DNA of 64,000 nt from Verrucomicrobiota bacterium. GTDB taxonomy: Bacteria; Verrucomicrobiota; Verrucomicrobiia; Limisphaerales; Palsa-1400. Positions within the stretch are counted from its first letter, which is position 1; the number at the start of each line of letters is the position of its first letter. The notes beneath the pieces are model-generated. The model had not been told where the DNA came from. It saw only the letters and a list, made by a program, of their open reading frames with translations, and made no database searches. Positions 46,085-56,106 of the stretch are shown piece after piece. A program made the position numbers and the translations under genes. The DNA lies in contig JBEKYR010000018.1 in the NCBI GenBank assembly GCA_049510745.1, forward strand, positions 27,584 through 91,583. Reading direction: 5' to 3'.

Positions 46085-47572
46085 TTATCGGCCGGTGTCC
46101 TTCAAGACCACGAACCGGCTGGCGCCGTTGCTGATCAAGTTGAACATGATGCCACTCTTGCTGTCCGCCAGCTTGAGCGCCTCGCGGAATTGGCGCGGGT
46201 TGGAGATGCGCTTGCGGTTGATTTCGGTGATCACGTCCCCTGGCTTGATGCCGTGCTCATCCGCCGGCGAATCCTGCTCGACCGCCGTGACGATGACGCC
46301 GGAAGCGGCTTCGACCCCGTATTGTTCGGCCAGCTCCTTGGTCAGCGCCTGCACGCCCAGCCCCAATGTTGTCTCCTCCGCTTCGCCGTTGCCGGAACGG
46401 GCTTTGGCGGCCAGTTCCTGCCCCGCCGGCAGCGCCTCGGGGGTGACTTTGACGGAAAGGTGTTCCTTCCCGCGCACCACATCCAGCACCGTCGCGTGGC
46501 CGGGAATCTTGGCGGCGATTTCATCCTTGAGCTGGCGGGCCGACTTGACACTCTTGCCGTCCACGGCCGTAATCACGTCGCCGGCGCGCAAATCGGATTT
46601 GGCGGCCGGGCCGTCCGGCATGATTTGATCGACCACCACGCCCTCCTGCGTGTCCGGGGCGAGCTTGCGGTCCAGCCCCAAATAATCCCGATCCTCCTTC
46701 AACGGGATAATCTCGATGCCGATCCACGCGCGGGTGTATTTGCCTTCGTCAATCAAATGACGCATGACCCGCTTGGCCAGATTGATGGGAATGGCAAAGC
46801 CGATGCCGGTGCGCATCCCCTCGATCATGGCGTTGACGGCGATGACTTCGCCGTAGAGGTTGACCAGCGGGCCGCCGCTGTTGCCGGGGTTGATGCTGGC
46901 GTCGGTCTGAATGAAATCCTGGTCGGCGTACGCGCCGCCCATTTCCCCTTCAAAGGAGCGTCCCTTGGCGCTGACGTGCCCGACCGTCACGCTGTAACTG
47001 AGCGTGAAAGGCGCGCCAATGGCCAAGACAAACTCCCCCACCCGCGTGGCGTCGGAGTCCCCCAGTTTGGCGGCGGTCAAGCCGGTCGCGTTGATCTTGA
47101 CCACCGCGAGGTCCGATTCCGGGTCCGTTCCCTTCACTTCGCCCTCGTACACCGTGCCGTCCTTGAGCCGGACGGTGATTTTGTCGGCGTTTTCCACGAC
47201 GTGATTGTTGGTCAGAATGTAGCCGTCGGCCGAGACGACGATGCCCGACCCCTCGCCCTGGACTTTGCGGGGGTGATAGCGTTTGCGACTGCGCGGAGTG
47301 TCCTCCCGGTCTCCAAAGCGCCGCCGAATCTCTGGCGGCAGCAGGTCCCAAAACGACTCGTCGTCCCCGTCGCTTCGGTCGCCGGCTTTTTCGGTGACTT
47401 CGATCACGACCACGGCGGCGGAAGCGGTGTCCGCCACTTCGATGAAAGCTTCATTAAGCTGGCGGGCCAGGTCCAGCGGCGAGGCGTCCCTGGCCGCGGC
47501 GGGCGGGCCGCTGAAAAGCAGGGCGGCAACGAGCGGCAAACAAACGGCGAAAAATCTCATCGGCATCATCAT
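46085..47572 (-). CDS. HtrA/DegP-family serine protease with two PDZ domains
   Basis: Signal peptide, TNNHVV, DLAV, INPGNSGG, two PDZ-like repeats. Confidence 0.92.
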   Translation of the reverse strand: MMMPMRFFAVCLPLVAALLFSGPPAAARDASPLDLARQLNEAFIEVADTASAAVVVIEVTEKAGDRSDGDDESFWDLLPPEIRRRFGDREDTPRSRKRYHPRKVQGEGSGIVVSADGYILTNNHVVENADKITVRLKDGTVYEGEVKGTDPESDLAVVKINATGLTAAKLGDSDATRVGEFVLAIGAPFTLSYSVTVGHVSAKGRSFEGEMGGAYADQDFIQTDASINPGNSGGPLVNLYGEVIAVNAMIEGMRTGIGFAIPINLAKRVMRHLIDEGKYTRAWIGIEIIPLKEDRDYLGLDRKLAPDTQEGVVVDQIMPDGPAAKSDLRAGDVITAVDGKSVKSARQLKDEIAAKIPGHATVLDVVRGKEHLSVKVTPEALPAGQELAAKARSGNGEAEETTLGLGVQALTKELAEQYGVEAASGVIVTAVEQDSPADEHGIKPGDVITEINRKRISNPRQFREALKLADSKSGIMFNLISNGASRFVVLKDTGR

Positions 47573-47703
47573 GGCAACCGGAACGTCCGGCAAATTGGAG
47601 TTAATATACATCAAAATGTTCAAACCGCGCCCCAGCATCCCCATTGACTTGGGCCACAGGGGCCGCTAACTTCTACGGCCAACGACGGAATGAAAGTGGC
47701 CCA

Positions 47704-48432
47704 ATGCAAGAAGTAATCGAAAAACTGCTCATTTTGCAAGACAGGGATCAGCGGATTTTGCGCACCAAAGACCAATTGGCGCGCATCGAGCCGGAACGCC
47801 AGGCGCTCCAGGCCAGAGTCGCCGCCACCCAGGCAGGCATGGACGCCGCCAAAACCAAGCTCAAACAAGTCGAAACCGACCGCAAAAAGCTGGAACTGGA
47901 AGCCGAGTCCAAAAAGCAGCAAATCGAGCGTTACTCCCTTCAGCAATTCGAGACCAAGAAAAACGAGGAATACCGCGCCCTCGCCCACGAAATCGACACT
48001 TGCAAGGGCAAGATCACCGAGTTGGAAGACCAGCAATTGACGTTGATGGAACAGGCCGAGAGCCTGCAAAAGCAAGCCGCCGGCGCCAGCCGCGAGGCCG
48101 ACGAAGCCAGGAAACTGGCCCAAGACCAGTTGAAAGAACTGGCCGACCGTGAACAGAGCCTGCGCGGCGAGTTGGCCGAACTGGAAAGCAACCGCGATCA
48201 ACTCACCGACGCCATCGAAGAGCGGGCCTTGCGGCATTACGAACGGATTCTGCGCAACAAGGGGGACAACGTCGTCGTCGGCATCCAGCACGGAGTCTGC
48301 GGGGGTTGCCACATGAAATTTCCCGTTCAACTCATGGTGACGTGCCAGGCGGCCAAGGATTTGGTCACCTGCCCCAACTGCGGACGGATCCTTTACTACA
48401 CGCCGGACATGGATTTGGCCGTGGCGGAGTAG
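47704..48432 (+). CDS. coiled-coil protein with C4 zinc ribbon (DUF164 / CT398-like)
   Basis: Long coiled coil, then CGGCHM...CPNCGRILY. Confidence 0.88.
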   Translation: MQEVIEKLLILQDRDQRILRTKDQLARIEPERQALQARVAATQAGMDAAKTKLKQVETDRKKLELEAESKKQQIERYSLQQFETKKNEEYRALAHEIDTCKGKITELEDQQLTLMEQAESLQKQAAGASREADEARKLAQDQLKELADREQSLRGELAELESNRDQLTDAIEERALRHYERILRNKGDNVVVGIQHGVCGGCHMKFPVQLMVTCQAAKDLVTCPNCGRILYYTPDMDLAVAE

Positions 48433-48519
48433 CGGGCTTTGATTTCAAGTTGAACTGAACGTGCCGTTTCTCGAAGCGGGGGCACTTAACGTCGAAGGCA
48501 GCAGGCAAAAAGATGCGCT

Positions 48520-48756
48520 TTACGCCAGCACGGCTTCCCGCATCGGCCGCGTGCCGGGAACGGGTAATTCTTTTCCCTCCTTCAGCAATTGCTCGACCTC
48601 TTCACGAACGAGCACGCACAATTGGTGGTAGGTTGTCTCCTCGCTGTCTCCGTGACAGACACCGCCCCACGGAAAGAGGTCCGGACAATAGCCCACATAG
48701 AGGCTGTCCTCGTCATTCCACCGGACGAACTTTAAATACTGATCTTCAGTTTTCAT
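48520..48756 (-). CDS. HicB-like antitoxin
   Basis: 'W..ED..YVG.CPDL...CHGD...G.ELP.P'; overlaps the HicA stop. Confidence 0.75.
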   Translation of the reverse strand: MKTEDQYLKFVRWNDEDSLYVGYCPDLFPWGGVCHGDSEETTYHQLCVLVREEVEQLLKEGKELPVPGTRPMREAVLA

Positions 48757-48953
48757 TTGGCTGCCTCACGAATTGCATGGCGCACCTGCTGTTCCTGGTA
48801 GTGGCGAGCGTCATCCCCATCGCCGCCGCTCAATATCACCGCGCCTGGAATCCGGGGATGGCGAAACTTCCGATGCGAACCTTTGCCGCCAGGCACCAGG
48901 ACAAACCCCGATTTCGTCAAATCCGAAACCAATTGGCGAATTTTTCGCGGCAT
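48753..48953 (-). CDS. hicA: HicA-family toxin
   Basis: 'GF...GGKGSHRKFRHP'. Confidence 0.85.
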   Translation of the reverse strand: MPRKIRQLVSDLTKSGFVLVPGGKGSHRKFRHPRIPGAVILSGGDGDDARHYQEQQVRHAIREAAK

Positions 48954-49046
48954 TTACTCTGCTCTTAATATCACCCTTGCCGGGGTCCGTCAACCGACCC
49001 GGCAAATCGCCGTTGCGGATTGGCCGCGAAGGGCTACATTTACCTT

Positions 49047-49457
49047 GATTCCGGAAGAGCGGAGGATCGCTTCCGGCCCTCGCGGGCCGGGGGAGGAAAG
49101 TCCGAACACCAGAGGGCGCGATGCCGCGTAACCTCGCAGGGGCGCCCGGCGCCGCTGCGGCGATAGACGCGGGGACAATGCGCAAGCGTTGCCACGGACA
49201 GTGCCACAGAAAATAAACCGCCCCGCTCGCAAGAGCGAGGCAAGGGTGAAAAGGCGAGGTAAAAGCTCACCGCTTGCCGAGTAATCGGCAAGGCACGGAA
49301 AACCCCGTCGGGTGCAAGGCCAAATAGGAAACCCCGGAGCGGCCCGCTCCAGGTCCCGCCCCGCGGGACGGGTTTCGGGTACGGCTGCTGAGACAAATGA
49401 TTCTCTCCCCCGATCTTTCGGGGCAGACAAAATTCGGCTTACAGCTCGGCCGGAATC
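49047..49457 (+). ncRNA. rnpB: RNase P RNA (class A)
   Basis: GAGGAAAGTCCG, GTGCCACAGAAAA, GGGTGAAA..GGTAA, GCAAGGCCAAATAGG, AGACAAATGA, ACAAAATTCGGCTTA; terminal P1 pairing gattccgg/ccggaatc. Confidence 0.95.
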
Positions 49458-49503
49458 ACTGACAGACTCTGACGGAGCGGTCCGGCGTTGCCCATCCAGC
49501 GCT

Positions 49504-50175
49504 TCACCGCTCCGTTTTCAGTTTCTGCTGAAACCATTCTCCCGCCAGGCGCGACACTTCGTCCAACGCTCCCGGCTCTTCAAACAAATGCGTCGCCCCC
49601 GGCACGATTTCCAACCTCTTCTCGAAGCGCAATCGCCCCAGCGCCTGCTGGTTTAATTCCAGCGTCGGGCTGTCGTCCCCGCCGACGATCAGCAACGTCG
49701 GCGCCCGCACCTCCGCCAGCGCCTGCCCCGCCAGGTCCGGCCGGCCGCCGCGGGAAACCACGGCGCGCACCAATTCGGGCCGCCGCGCCGCCGCCAGCAG
49801 CGCCGCGGCCGCGCCCGTGCTGGCGCCAAACAAGCCCATCGGCAGTTTGCCCGCCTCCCCCCGCTTCGCCATCCAGTCCACCGCATAAACGAGCCGTTCC
49901 GCCAGCAGCGCGATGTCAAATCGAAAATGCGTCGTCCGCAGGTCAATCGACTCCTCCTCGGCCGAGAGCAGATCGAAGAGCAAGGTGCCCAGGCCGGCCC
50001 GGCGCAGGGCCTGGGCGACGACGCGGTTGCGCGGGCTGTGGCGGCTGCTCCCGCTGCCGTGGGCGAAGAGCACCATTCCCACGGCGCCCTCGGGCATCAC
50101 CAGGTTGCCTTCCAGCAGCACGTTTCCAGCCGCCAATTGGACGACTGCCTCCGGAACAGGATGTGGTTCTCTCAT
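49504..50175 (-). CDS. dienelactone hydrolase-like alpha/beta hydrolase
   Basis: FAHGSGSSRHSPRN, GASTG, SRGGRPDL, HLFEE. Confidence 0.88.
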   Translation of the reverse strand: MREPHPVPEAVVQLAAGNVLLEGNLVMPEGAVGMVLFAHGSGSSRHSPRNRVVAQALRRAGLGTLLFDLLSAEEESIDLRTTHFRFDIALLAERLVYAVDWMAKRGEAGKLPMGLFGASTGAAAALLAAARRPELVRAVVSRGGRPDLAGQALAEVRAPTLLIVGGDDSPTLELNQQALGRLRFEKRLEIVPGATHLFEEPGALDEVSRLAGEWFQQKLKTER

Positions 50176-50828
50176 AAAGCCTCCCGCGGTTTTTCCGCCT
50201 GGACCAGCAATTGGCGCACTTCCTCGTCGCTGGTTTGCTCGAAATCTTCGTACCATTGCCCCACCCCTTGGAAGTCGTCCGGCGTTTGCACGCAGACGAT
50301 TTCGTCCACGTCGCGCTGAAACTCCTCGAACGTCTCGCGGTCCGCAACCGGCGCGGCCACCACCACCCGGGCCGGGCGGCGCTGCCGCACGGCCATGACC
50401 GCGGCCCTCATGGACGCTCCCGTGGCCAGGCCGTCATCGACCAGGATCACCACCCGGTCCCGCAGCTCGGCCGGCGGCCCGGTCCGGTAAGCCTGTTCGC
50501 GCCGCGCCAATTCGCTCCGCTCGCGGGCGATGGCCTTGTCGATGACCTGCCGCGAAATGCACAGCGAGTCCACCACCCTGTCATTAAGAAAACAAATGCC
50601 GCCGCTGGCGATCGCGCCCATCGCCAATTCCTCCTGCCCCGGCGTTCCCAATTTGCGCACCAAAAAAACGTCCAGCGGCGCGTGCAGCCGGTTCGCCACT
50701 TCCCACGCCACCGGGACGCCGCCTCGCGGCAGGCCGAGAACAACAACGTCCGCGCGCCCGGCATAACCTTCCAGTTTGGCGGCCAGGAGGCGGCCCGCTT
50801 CCGCCCGGTTATGGAATCGAAAGCTCAC
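50172..50828 (-). CDS. phosphoribosyltransferase family protein
   Basis: LPRGGVPVA, VILVDDGLATGAS. Confidence 0.9.
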   Translation of the reverse strand: MSFRFHNRAEAGRLLAAKLEGYAGRADVVVLGLPRGGVPVAWEVANRLHAPLDVFLVRKLGTPGQEELAMGAIASGGICFLNDRVVDSLCISRQVIDKAIARERSELARREQAYRTGPPAELRDRVVILVDDGLATGASMRAAVMAVRQRRPARVVVAAPVADRETFEEFQRDVDEIVCVQTPDDFQGVGQWYEDFEQTSDEEVRQLLVQAEKPREAL

Positions 50829-50932
50829 ATTTCAAGGCGCGGAGGTCTGCCCCGCGCTCCACTCTGTCTTCACCCCTGACTCTACTGTTAAGATTCACCG
50901 CGCCCGCAAACGCGCAAGTGCAAATTGAAGCT

Positions 50933-51463
50933 TCAATTTGCAATTCCCGATTCCGTTCCGCCCCCCATGGGCGGTTCCGGTCCAAAGGCCGCGATCACCT
51001 TCGGCAGGGACATGAAAATCAGCAGCAAAACCGGATAGGCCAGGCTGAAAACGATGCCGAGGGCAAAGCCCAACAGGGTCACCACCGCCATGAGACCGGG
51101 GGGCACGCCCCGCATTTGCCCGCTGAACGCCAGGATGACATGGTAATTGACGACGGCCCCGACCAGGATATAGATGATCTGAATTACAGAATAAATGATG
51201 GAAAGGAGGCGCGCCCAGTTTTGCATCAGCAACAGCCCGATTCCGGCCGTCAGCAGCGCCAGCCCGCCGGCCAGCCCAACGTACGTGGAGAAGTTGGCCC
51301 AGGCCACGTAAGACGGGTCCGATTGCATGGTCTCGACGAGGGAATTCCCCGGCAGCTTGGCGTGGCGCAAAATATGGGTGAGCAGCAGGCTGCCAAATCC
51401 GAACACGGCGAAGCCGATGTTCAAAATCCCGAAGATCGTCACCGACATGGGGCGTGGCCGCAT
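50933..51463 (-). CDS. hypothetical membrane protein
   Basis: About four hydrophobic segments. Confidence 0.7.
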   Translation of the reverse strand: MRPRPMSVTIFGILNIGFAVFGFGSLLLTHILRHAKLPGNSLVETMQSDPSYVAWANFSTYVGLAGGLALLTAGIGLLLMQNWARLLSIIYSVIQIIYILVGAVVNYHVILAFSGQMRGVPPGLMAVVTLLGFALGIVFSLAYPVLLLIFMSLPKVIAAFGPEPPMGGGTESGIAN

Positions 51464-51614
51464 AGCTTTCCCTTTCTTGGACTGCTGTTCTTAGGTTGCG
51501 TTCGAGCCAAAGTTTAGGTCGAACCGGCCTCCATTCAAGCGGAAACTCCGCGCTGGGATGGAAATGGCGCTGGTCTGGCGGGGTGGCGCCGTGGTATTAT
51601 GAAAAGCCATAGTT

Positions 51615-52979
51615 ATGCAGGAAAATCCAAAGAAGCGATCTAATCCGATTCAGGCCCTCTTCATGGAAACCTTCGGCCTAGGCCCTGGGGTGTCGTTGCT
51701 GGCCAGTCTGGTGACCGGACTGGTGGTGGTTTTTGCCGTCTTCTGGTTCTTCCATTCCGCGCCGCCGCATGTCATCACCATCACCAGCGGACCGCCGGGC
51801 AGCGGCTTCAATCTGATCGCCCTCAAATACCAGGCCATCTTAAAACAAAAGGGCGTCACCTTGAGAATCCTCCCATCCGCCGGCTCGCAGGAGAACCTCC
51901 AGCGCCTGGAAACTCCCGCCAGCGGGGTTGACATCGGCTTCGTCCAGGGCGGGGCCACCAATGGCCCCAATTCAAATCAGATCGTCTCCCTCGGCAGCCT
52001 GGCCTTCCAGCCGATCATGATCTTCTATCGCGGCGCGGCCCCGCTTCAACTGCTCTCCCAACTCAAGGGCAAGCGCCTGGTCATTGGCCCGCCGGGTAGC
52101 GGCGACAGGGCGCTGGCCCTGACCCTGCTGGCACTCAACGGCATTTCCAACAACGCCGCCGCCACCTTCGTCGATTTGGATGCCGCCGCCGCCGCCAAGG
52201 CCCTGGCCGAAGGCTCGGTCGATGCCATTTTCCTCATGGGCGATTCGGCCTCGTCCGAAGTCATGCGCGAGCTTCTGCACAGCCCAAGCATTCACCTTTT
52301 CGATGTGACCCAGGCCGACGGCTACGTCCGGCGGATCACCTATTTGAGCAAGCTCGAACTGCCCAAAGGGTCGATGGACTTCGGCAATGACATTCCCGAC
52401 CACGACGTCTCGCTCATCGGCCCGACGGTGGAATTGCTGGCGCGCTCCGATCTGCACCCCGCCTTGTCTGATCTGCTGCTGGAAACGGCCCAACAAGTCC
52501 ACGGCGCGGCCGGACTGCTCCGGCGCCAGGGCCAGTTCCCCGCCCCGCTGGAACATGACTTTCCTCTCAGCGCCGATGCCCTTCGCTATTACAAATCCGG
52601 CAAAGGGTTTTTCTACCGTTACCTTCCCTTCTGGCTGGCCAGCCTGATCAACCGCACCCTGGTGGCTTTTGTGCCGATGGTCTTGGTTTTGGTGCCGGGC
52701 TTGCGCCTCATACCCGCCCTCTACCGCTGGCGCATCCAAATGCTCATCTTCCACCGCTACCGTTCCCTGCTGGCGCTCGAACGCGAACTGGAAACGCCGG
52801 ACGCTCAAACCCATCCTGAAAAACTCCTCGCCCGCCTCGATCAAATCGAGAGCGCCGTCAACAAGATGAAGGTGCCCGCCTACTTCGCCGATCAGTTTTA
52901 CGGACTGCGCGGGCACATCAGCTTCGTGCGCGACCGCATCCTCCAAGGCGCCGTGAAAAAAGCGGCTGTTGGGGCTTGA
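51615..52979 (+). CDS. TAXI-family solute-binding protein with TM segments
   Basis: SGPPGS, SAGSQENL, DIGFVQGG, GPPGSG; C-terminal TM region. Confidence 0.75.
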   Translation: MQENPKKRSNPIQALFMETFGLGPGVSLLASLVTGLVVVFAVFWFFHSAPPHVITITSGPPGSGFNLIALKYQAILKQKGVTLRILPSAGSQENLQRLETPASGVDIGFVQGGATNGPNSNQIVSLGSLAFQPIMIFYRGAAPLQLLSQLKGKRLVIGPPGSGDRALALTLLALNGISNNAAATFVDLDAAAAAKALAEGSVDAIFLMGDSASSEVMRELLHSPSIHLFDVTQADGYVRRITYLSKLELPKGSMDFGNDIPDHDVSLIGPTVELLARSDLHPALSDLLLETAQQVHGAAGLLRRQGQFPAPLEHDFPLSADALRYYKSGKGFFYRYLPFWLASLINRTLVAFVPMVLVLVPGLRLIPALYRWRIQMLIFHRYRSLLALERELETPDAQTHPEKLLARLDQIESAVNKMKVPAYFADQFYGLRGHISFVRDRILQGAVKKAAVGA

Positions 52980-53055
52980 CTTTGGCAAATTCTTCGCTAC
53001 CTTCCCACCCTCTGCCGTTCCAATGACAGGACGGCGGGCCGAAAAACATACATTT

Positions 53056-53613
53056 ATGGGATCAGCAAACGATTTACGCAAGGGCATGGCCATCAATTAC
53101 AACGGCGATATTACCGTGGTCCTGGATACCCAGCATCGCACGCCCGGCAACCTGCGCGCTTTTGTGCAGGCCACCCTCCGCAGCATTAAATCGGGCAAAA
53201 CCTCCGATGTCCGCTTCAGTTCCACCGAGAAGATTGACGTCGTGCCGATGATGACGCGGAAGATGGATTTCAGTTACAAAGATGGGGACGATTTCGTGTT
53301 TTCGGACCCGGAAACCTTCGAGACCACCACTCTGGCCGCCGAACTGGTGGGCGACGCCAAGAATTACCTGGTGGAAAACGGCTCGGTCACCGTGACGTTT
53401 GTCCAGGACAAAGCCGTGACGATTGAACTGCCCTCCAGTGTCGCGTTGACGGTCAAGGACGCCCCGGAAGGCATCCGCGGAGATTCCTCGAACAACGTGC
53501 AAAAGCCCATTATTTTGGAAACAGGCATCACGGTGCAGGCCCCGTTGTTCATTAAGACCGGCGAGAAGATCAAAGTGGATACGCGCACCGGCAAGTATAT
53601 GGAGCGGGCTTGA
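53056..53613 (+). CDS. efp: translation elongation factor P
   Basis: ANDLRKG, HRTPGNLRA, LETG...PLFI..GE.I.VDTRTG.Y. Confidence 0.93.
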   Translation: MGSANDLRKGMAINYNGDITVVLDTQHRTPGNLRAFVQATLRSIKSGKTSDVRFSSTEKIDVVPMMTRKMDFSYKDGDDFVFSDPETFETTTLAAELVGDAKNYLVENGSVTVTFVQDKAVTIELPSSVALTVKDAPEGIRGDSSNNVQKPIILETGITVQAPLFIKTGEKIKVDTRTGKYMERA

Positions 53614-53625
53614 CGCGCCGGGCCG

Positions 53626-54672
53626 TCACGACGGGGCGAGCGCGGCGCGATGGCCGTACTTGCGGGCCAGCTTGAGAGCGGCCGGCAGCGATTTGACTCC
53701 GCCGGTGCAGGTCGGATGCGACAACGAGGCCGCCGCGACGCACACTCCGGTCAGCAGGCAGCGCGGCAATTCCCATTCTTCGTGCAAGCCCAGCAGCACG
53801 CCCGCCGCAAAAGCATCCCCCGCCCCCGCCGTGCCGGTGATATATTTGGCCGGCAGGCTCAACGACGACTGCCAGTAGTCCTCCCCCTTGCGGGTGCGGG
53901 CAAACGCCCCTTCGGGAAAGTGGATGACCACCAGTTCGCGCACGCCGCTTTGCAGCAGCACGCCGGCCGCGTGACGCAGCGACACGGCGTTCAGCGCGCC
54001 GCCGGCCTCGCGGATTTCGAACCCGGTCGTCTTGCCGGCTTCGATTTCGTTCAGGAAGCAGTAGTCGGCAAACTTGAGGGCGGGCAGCACGGTGCGCGCG
54101 AAACGGTCGCTGTCCTCGCTGACGACATCAACACTGGTCTTGAGGCCGGCTTGCTGGGCCTGGCGCAACAAGGCGGCGGCTTTGGTGCCGGCTTGGGCGT
54201 CGGGCGCGTCCAAGGAATCGAGCAATAGCAGGTAGCCAAGATGGAAGATGCGGGCCTTGATCTTATTGAAATTGAGGCCCGCGCCGTCCCAGAGGGCGTT
54301 GGCGCCGCGATGATGGAAAAAAGTGCGGTGGCCGTTGCCCTCCTCGGTCATGACATCGGTGTAGGAAGTGGGCGCCAGCGGGGTGGAGCGGAGGCCGCGG
54401 GTGTCGATGCCATGGCGCTGGCAATCGGCCAGGATGACGCGGCCCAGGTCGTCATCGCCCACCAAGCCGGCGGCCATGAGAGGAAACGGGGCCTGCAAAC
54501 GGGCCAGGTTGATGAGGACGTTGTAGGGGGAACCGCCCGTGCCCTGGGATTGGGCGCGGATGTTGGCCAACTGATCGCGCTGGGGGTAAACGTCGATCAT
54601 TTTGACCTGATCAATGATCCAATTGCCCGCCGCCAGCAGCCCGCGACGAGAGGATGAATCGCCTTTTTTCAT
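53626..54672 (-). CDS. PfkB-family carbohydrate kinase
   Basis: GGSPYN, LNEIEA, GTAGAGDAF. Confidence 0.9.
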   Translation of the reverse strand: MKKGDSSSRRGLLAAGNWIIDQVKMIDVYPQRDQLANIRAQSQGTGGSPYNVLINLARLQAPFPLMAAGLVGDDDLGRVILADCQRHGIDTRGLRSTPLAPTSYTDVMTEEGNGHRTFFHHRGANALWDGAGLNFNKIKARIFHLGYLLLLDSLDAPDAQAGTKAAALLRQAQQAGLKTSVDVVSEDSDRFARTVLPALKFADYCFLNEIEAGKTTGFEIREAGGALNAVSLRHAAGVLLQSGVRELVVIHFPEGAFARTRKGEDYWQSSLSLPAKYITGTAGAGDAFAAGVLLGLHEEWELPRCLLTGVCVAAASLSHPTCTGGVKSLPAALKLARKYGHRAALAPS

Positions 54673-54998
54673 GTTTGGTTGAAAGCGGCCGCCAGTCTAA
54701 CGGGCGGGCGCGCGGAAATCAACGGATGAAATGCGCTCCAATGGCGCGCCCCAATCCTTAGCGATTTCCTGGGAGCCGGCGTCTCGACCGCCGCCGGCAT
54801 CGGTCACAGCCGGGAATGGACCCCGCCTGCCCGCGCCCGCAAGCCTGCGGCAAGCCATTCGATTCTTGGATAAGTGCCTTGCGCTAACCCGCCGTCCGGG
54901 CGTCCAATCGCGTGCGGCAGAGCCAGCGGCGCGTAAAGGCAGGCGAATCCGTTGGCTTGAGCCTTGCCAAAAGCCTCCGGAAGGTGTTTCTTTATGGC

Positions 54999-55529
54999 AT
55001 GAACGCGGCAATCGCCGAACGCAGAGACTCTGAAATTCACGTTTCCGGAGCTCCTAACATTCAACTTTTACGAGCAGGTGTGGAAATGGTTCACGGGCTG
55101 GCGGTTATCTCCGAGAACAGAGTTCCTCACATTCAAACCCAAGTCCGCGACTCGATCAAACCGCAAATGGAACAATGGCTTGACCTGATTCCTGAAATTG
55201 AAGCCCAAGCCCGTGACTTGACCAAACGGCAATTGGAGCAATGGTTTGACTGGATGGACGGAATCCTGGCGGTTCACCGGAGCAGTTGCGTGTTCCGTGA
55301 ACCGACGCCGGCGCAACTCGCAGAACACAAGAAAGGCCTGGAGTTGGCCATCGAATACTGCCGTTTTATAAACAACCTAATCGACGATCCTGGGTTCAAT
55401 GAACCGGATCTGGTTTCCCGGCTAAAGGTGCGCATTCGGCAACTACAGGACGCTTACGACACCTTCCACGACACCACTCTTTCAGACGCGCAAGCGGAAG
55501 AGGTGTTGAAGCAAGTCTTTCCGGAATGA
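54999..55529 (+). CDS. hypothetical protein
   Basis: 176 aa helical ORF, lower GC; stop overlaps the next ATG (ATGA). Confidence 0.6.
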   Translation: MNAAIAERRDSEIHVSGAPNIQLLRAGVEMVHGLAVISENRVPHIQTQVRDSIKPQMEQWLDLIPEIEAQARDLTKRQLEQWFDWMDGILAVHRSSCVFREPTPAQLAEHKKGLELAIEYCRFINNLIDDPGFNEPDLVSRLKVRIRQLQDAYDTFHDTTLSDAQAEEVLKQVFPE

Positions 55530-55767
55530 ACAGGGAACTCGAAGCGCTCATCCTCGCTTACGAAAAGGTCTCCGCATCGAAGGACAAAGAGGCGGAGCAT
55601 TACCGGCTGAGCATTACCGGCTTGCCTTCGAGTCCCTGGTTGACAAAGTAATGGAGCGGCAGCCGAACCTGTCACGCAATATCCTGCGCAAGAGCGTCAT
55701 CAAAGCGCATCGGAAATGGGCGTTTCAACAGGACACCAAACCGCCAGCGATTCCCCCAAAAGCGTGA
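55526..55767 (+). pseudogene. small protein gene frameshifted by a 14-bp tandem duplication
   Basis: gagcattaccggct repeated at 55595-55608 and 55609-55622; removing one copy restores a 75-aa ORF ending PPAIPPKA*. Confidence 0.75.
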
Positions 55768-56106
55768 CGGCCTCGTTCTGTTCAGGCATCGAATTGCTCG
55801 ATTACGGTCCGCCGGCACGCCGACCGTCAGGAAATCGGCTCAACCTATAGTTTGGTTCGATTTCGTCGCAGGAGTCACCCTTGGTGTCGCCCGGTTTTTG
55901 AGTTTTCTCGTGGATTTCAGCAAACGCGGCGCTGGCTCAATCAATCGGTTTTTCGAGCCTCGCCAGAGCAAGGGAGGAAATCCAACTTATGATGCCCTCC
56001 CGCGCCGAGCCTGCCCCAAATTGGAAGGCGCGGGAAAAAACAGTTGAATTCCGGGCGGGGGGCGGACTAACTTTTCAATCATGCTCGATGGCAGTATCTA
56101 TTTTTT

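Noticed and set aside
48811..49430. Several ORFs overlapping 49.0-49.45 kb
   Set aside because: The region is RNase P RNA; the ORFs are incidental
54920..55938. 15-bp imperfect inverted repeat (gagccagcg(g/c)cgcgt) around the two-gene module
   Set aside because: Short and GC-rich, with no target duplication seen; could be chance
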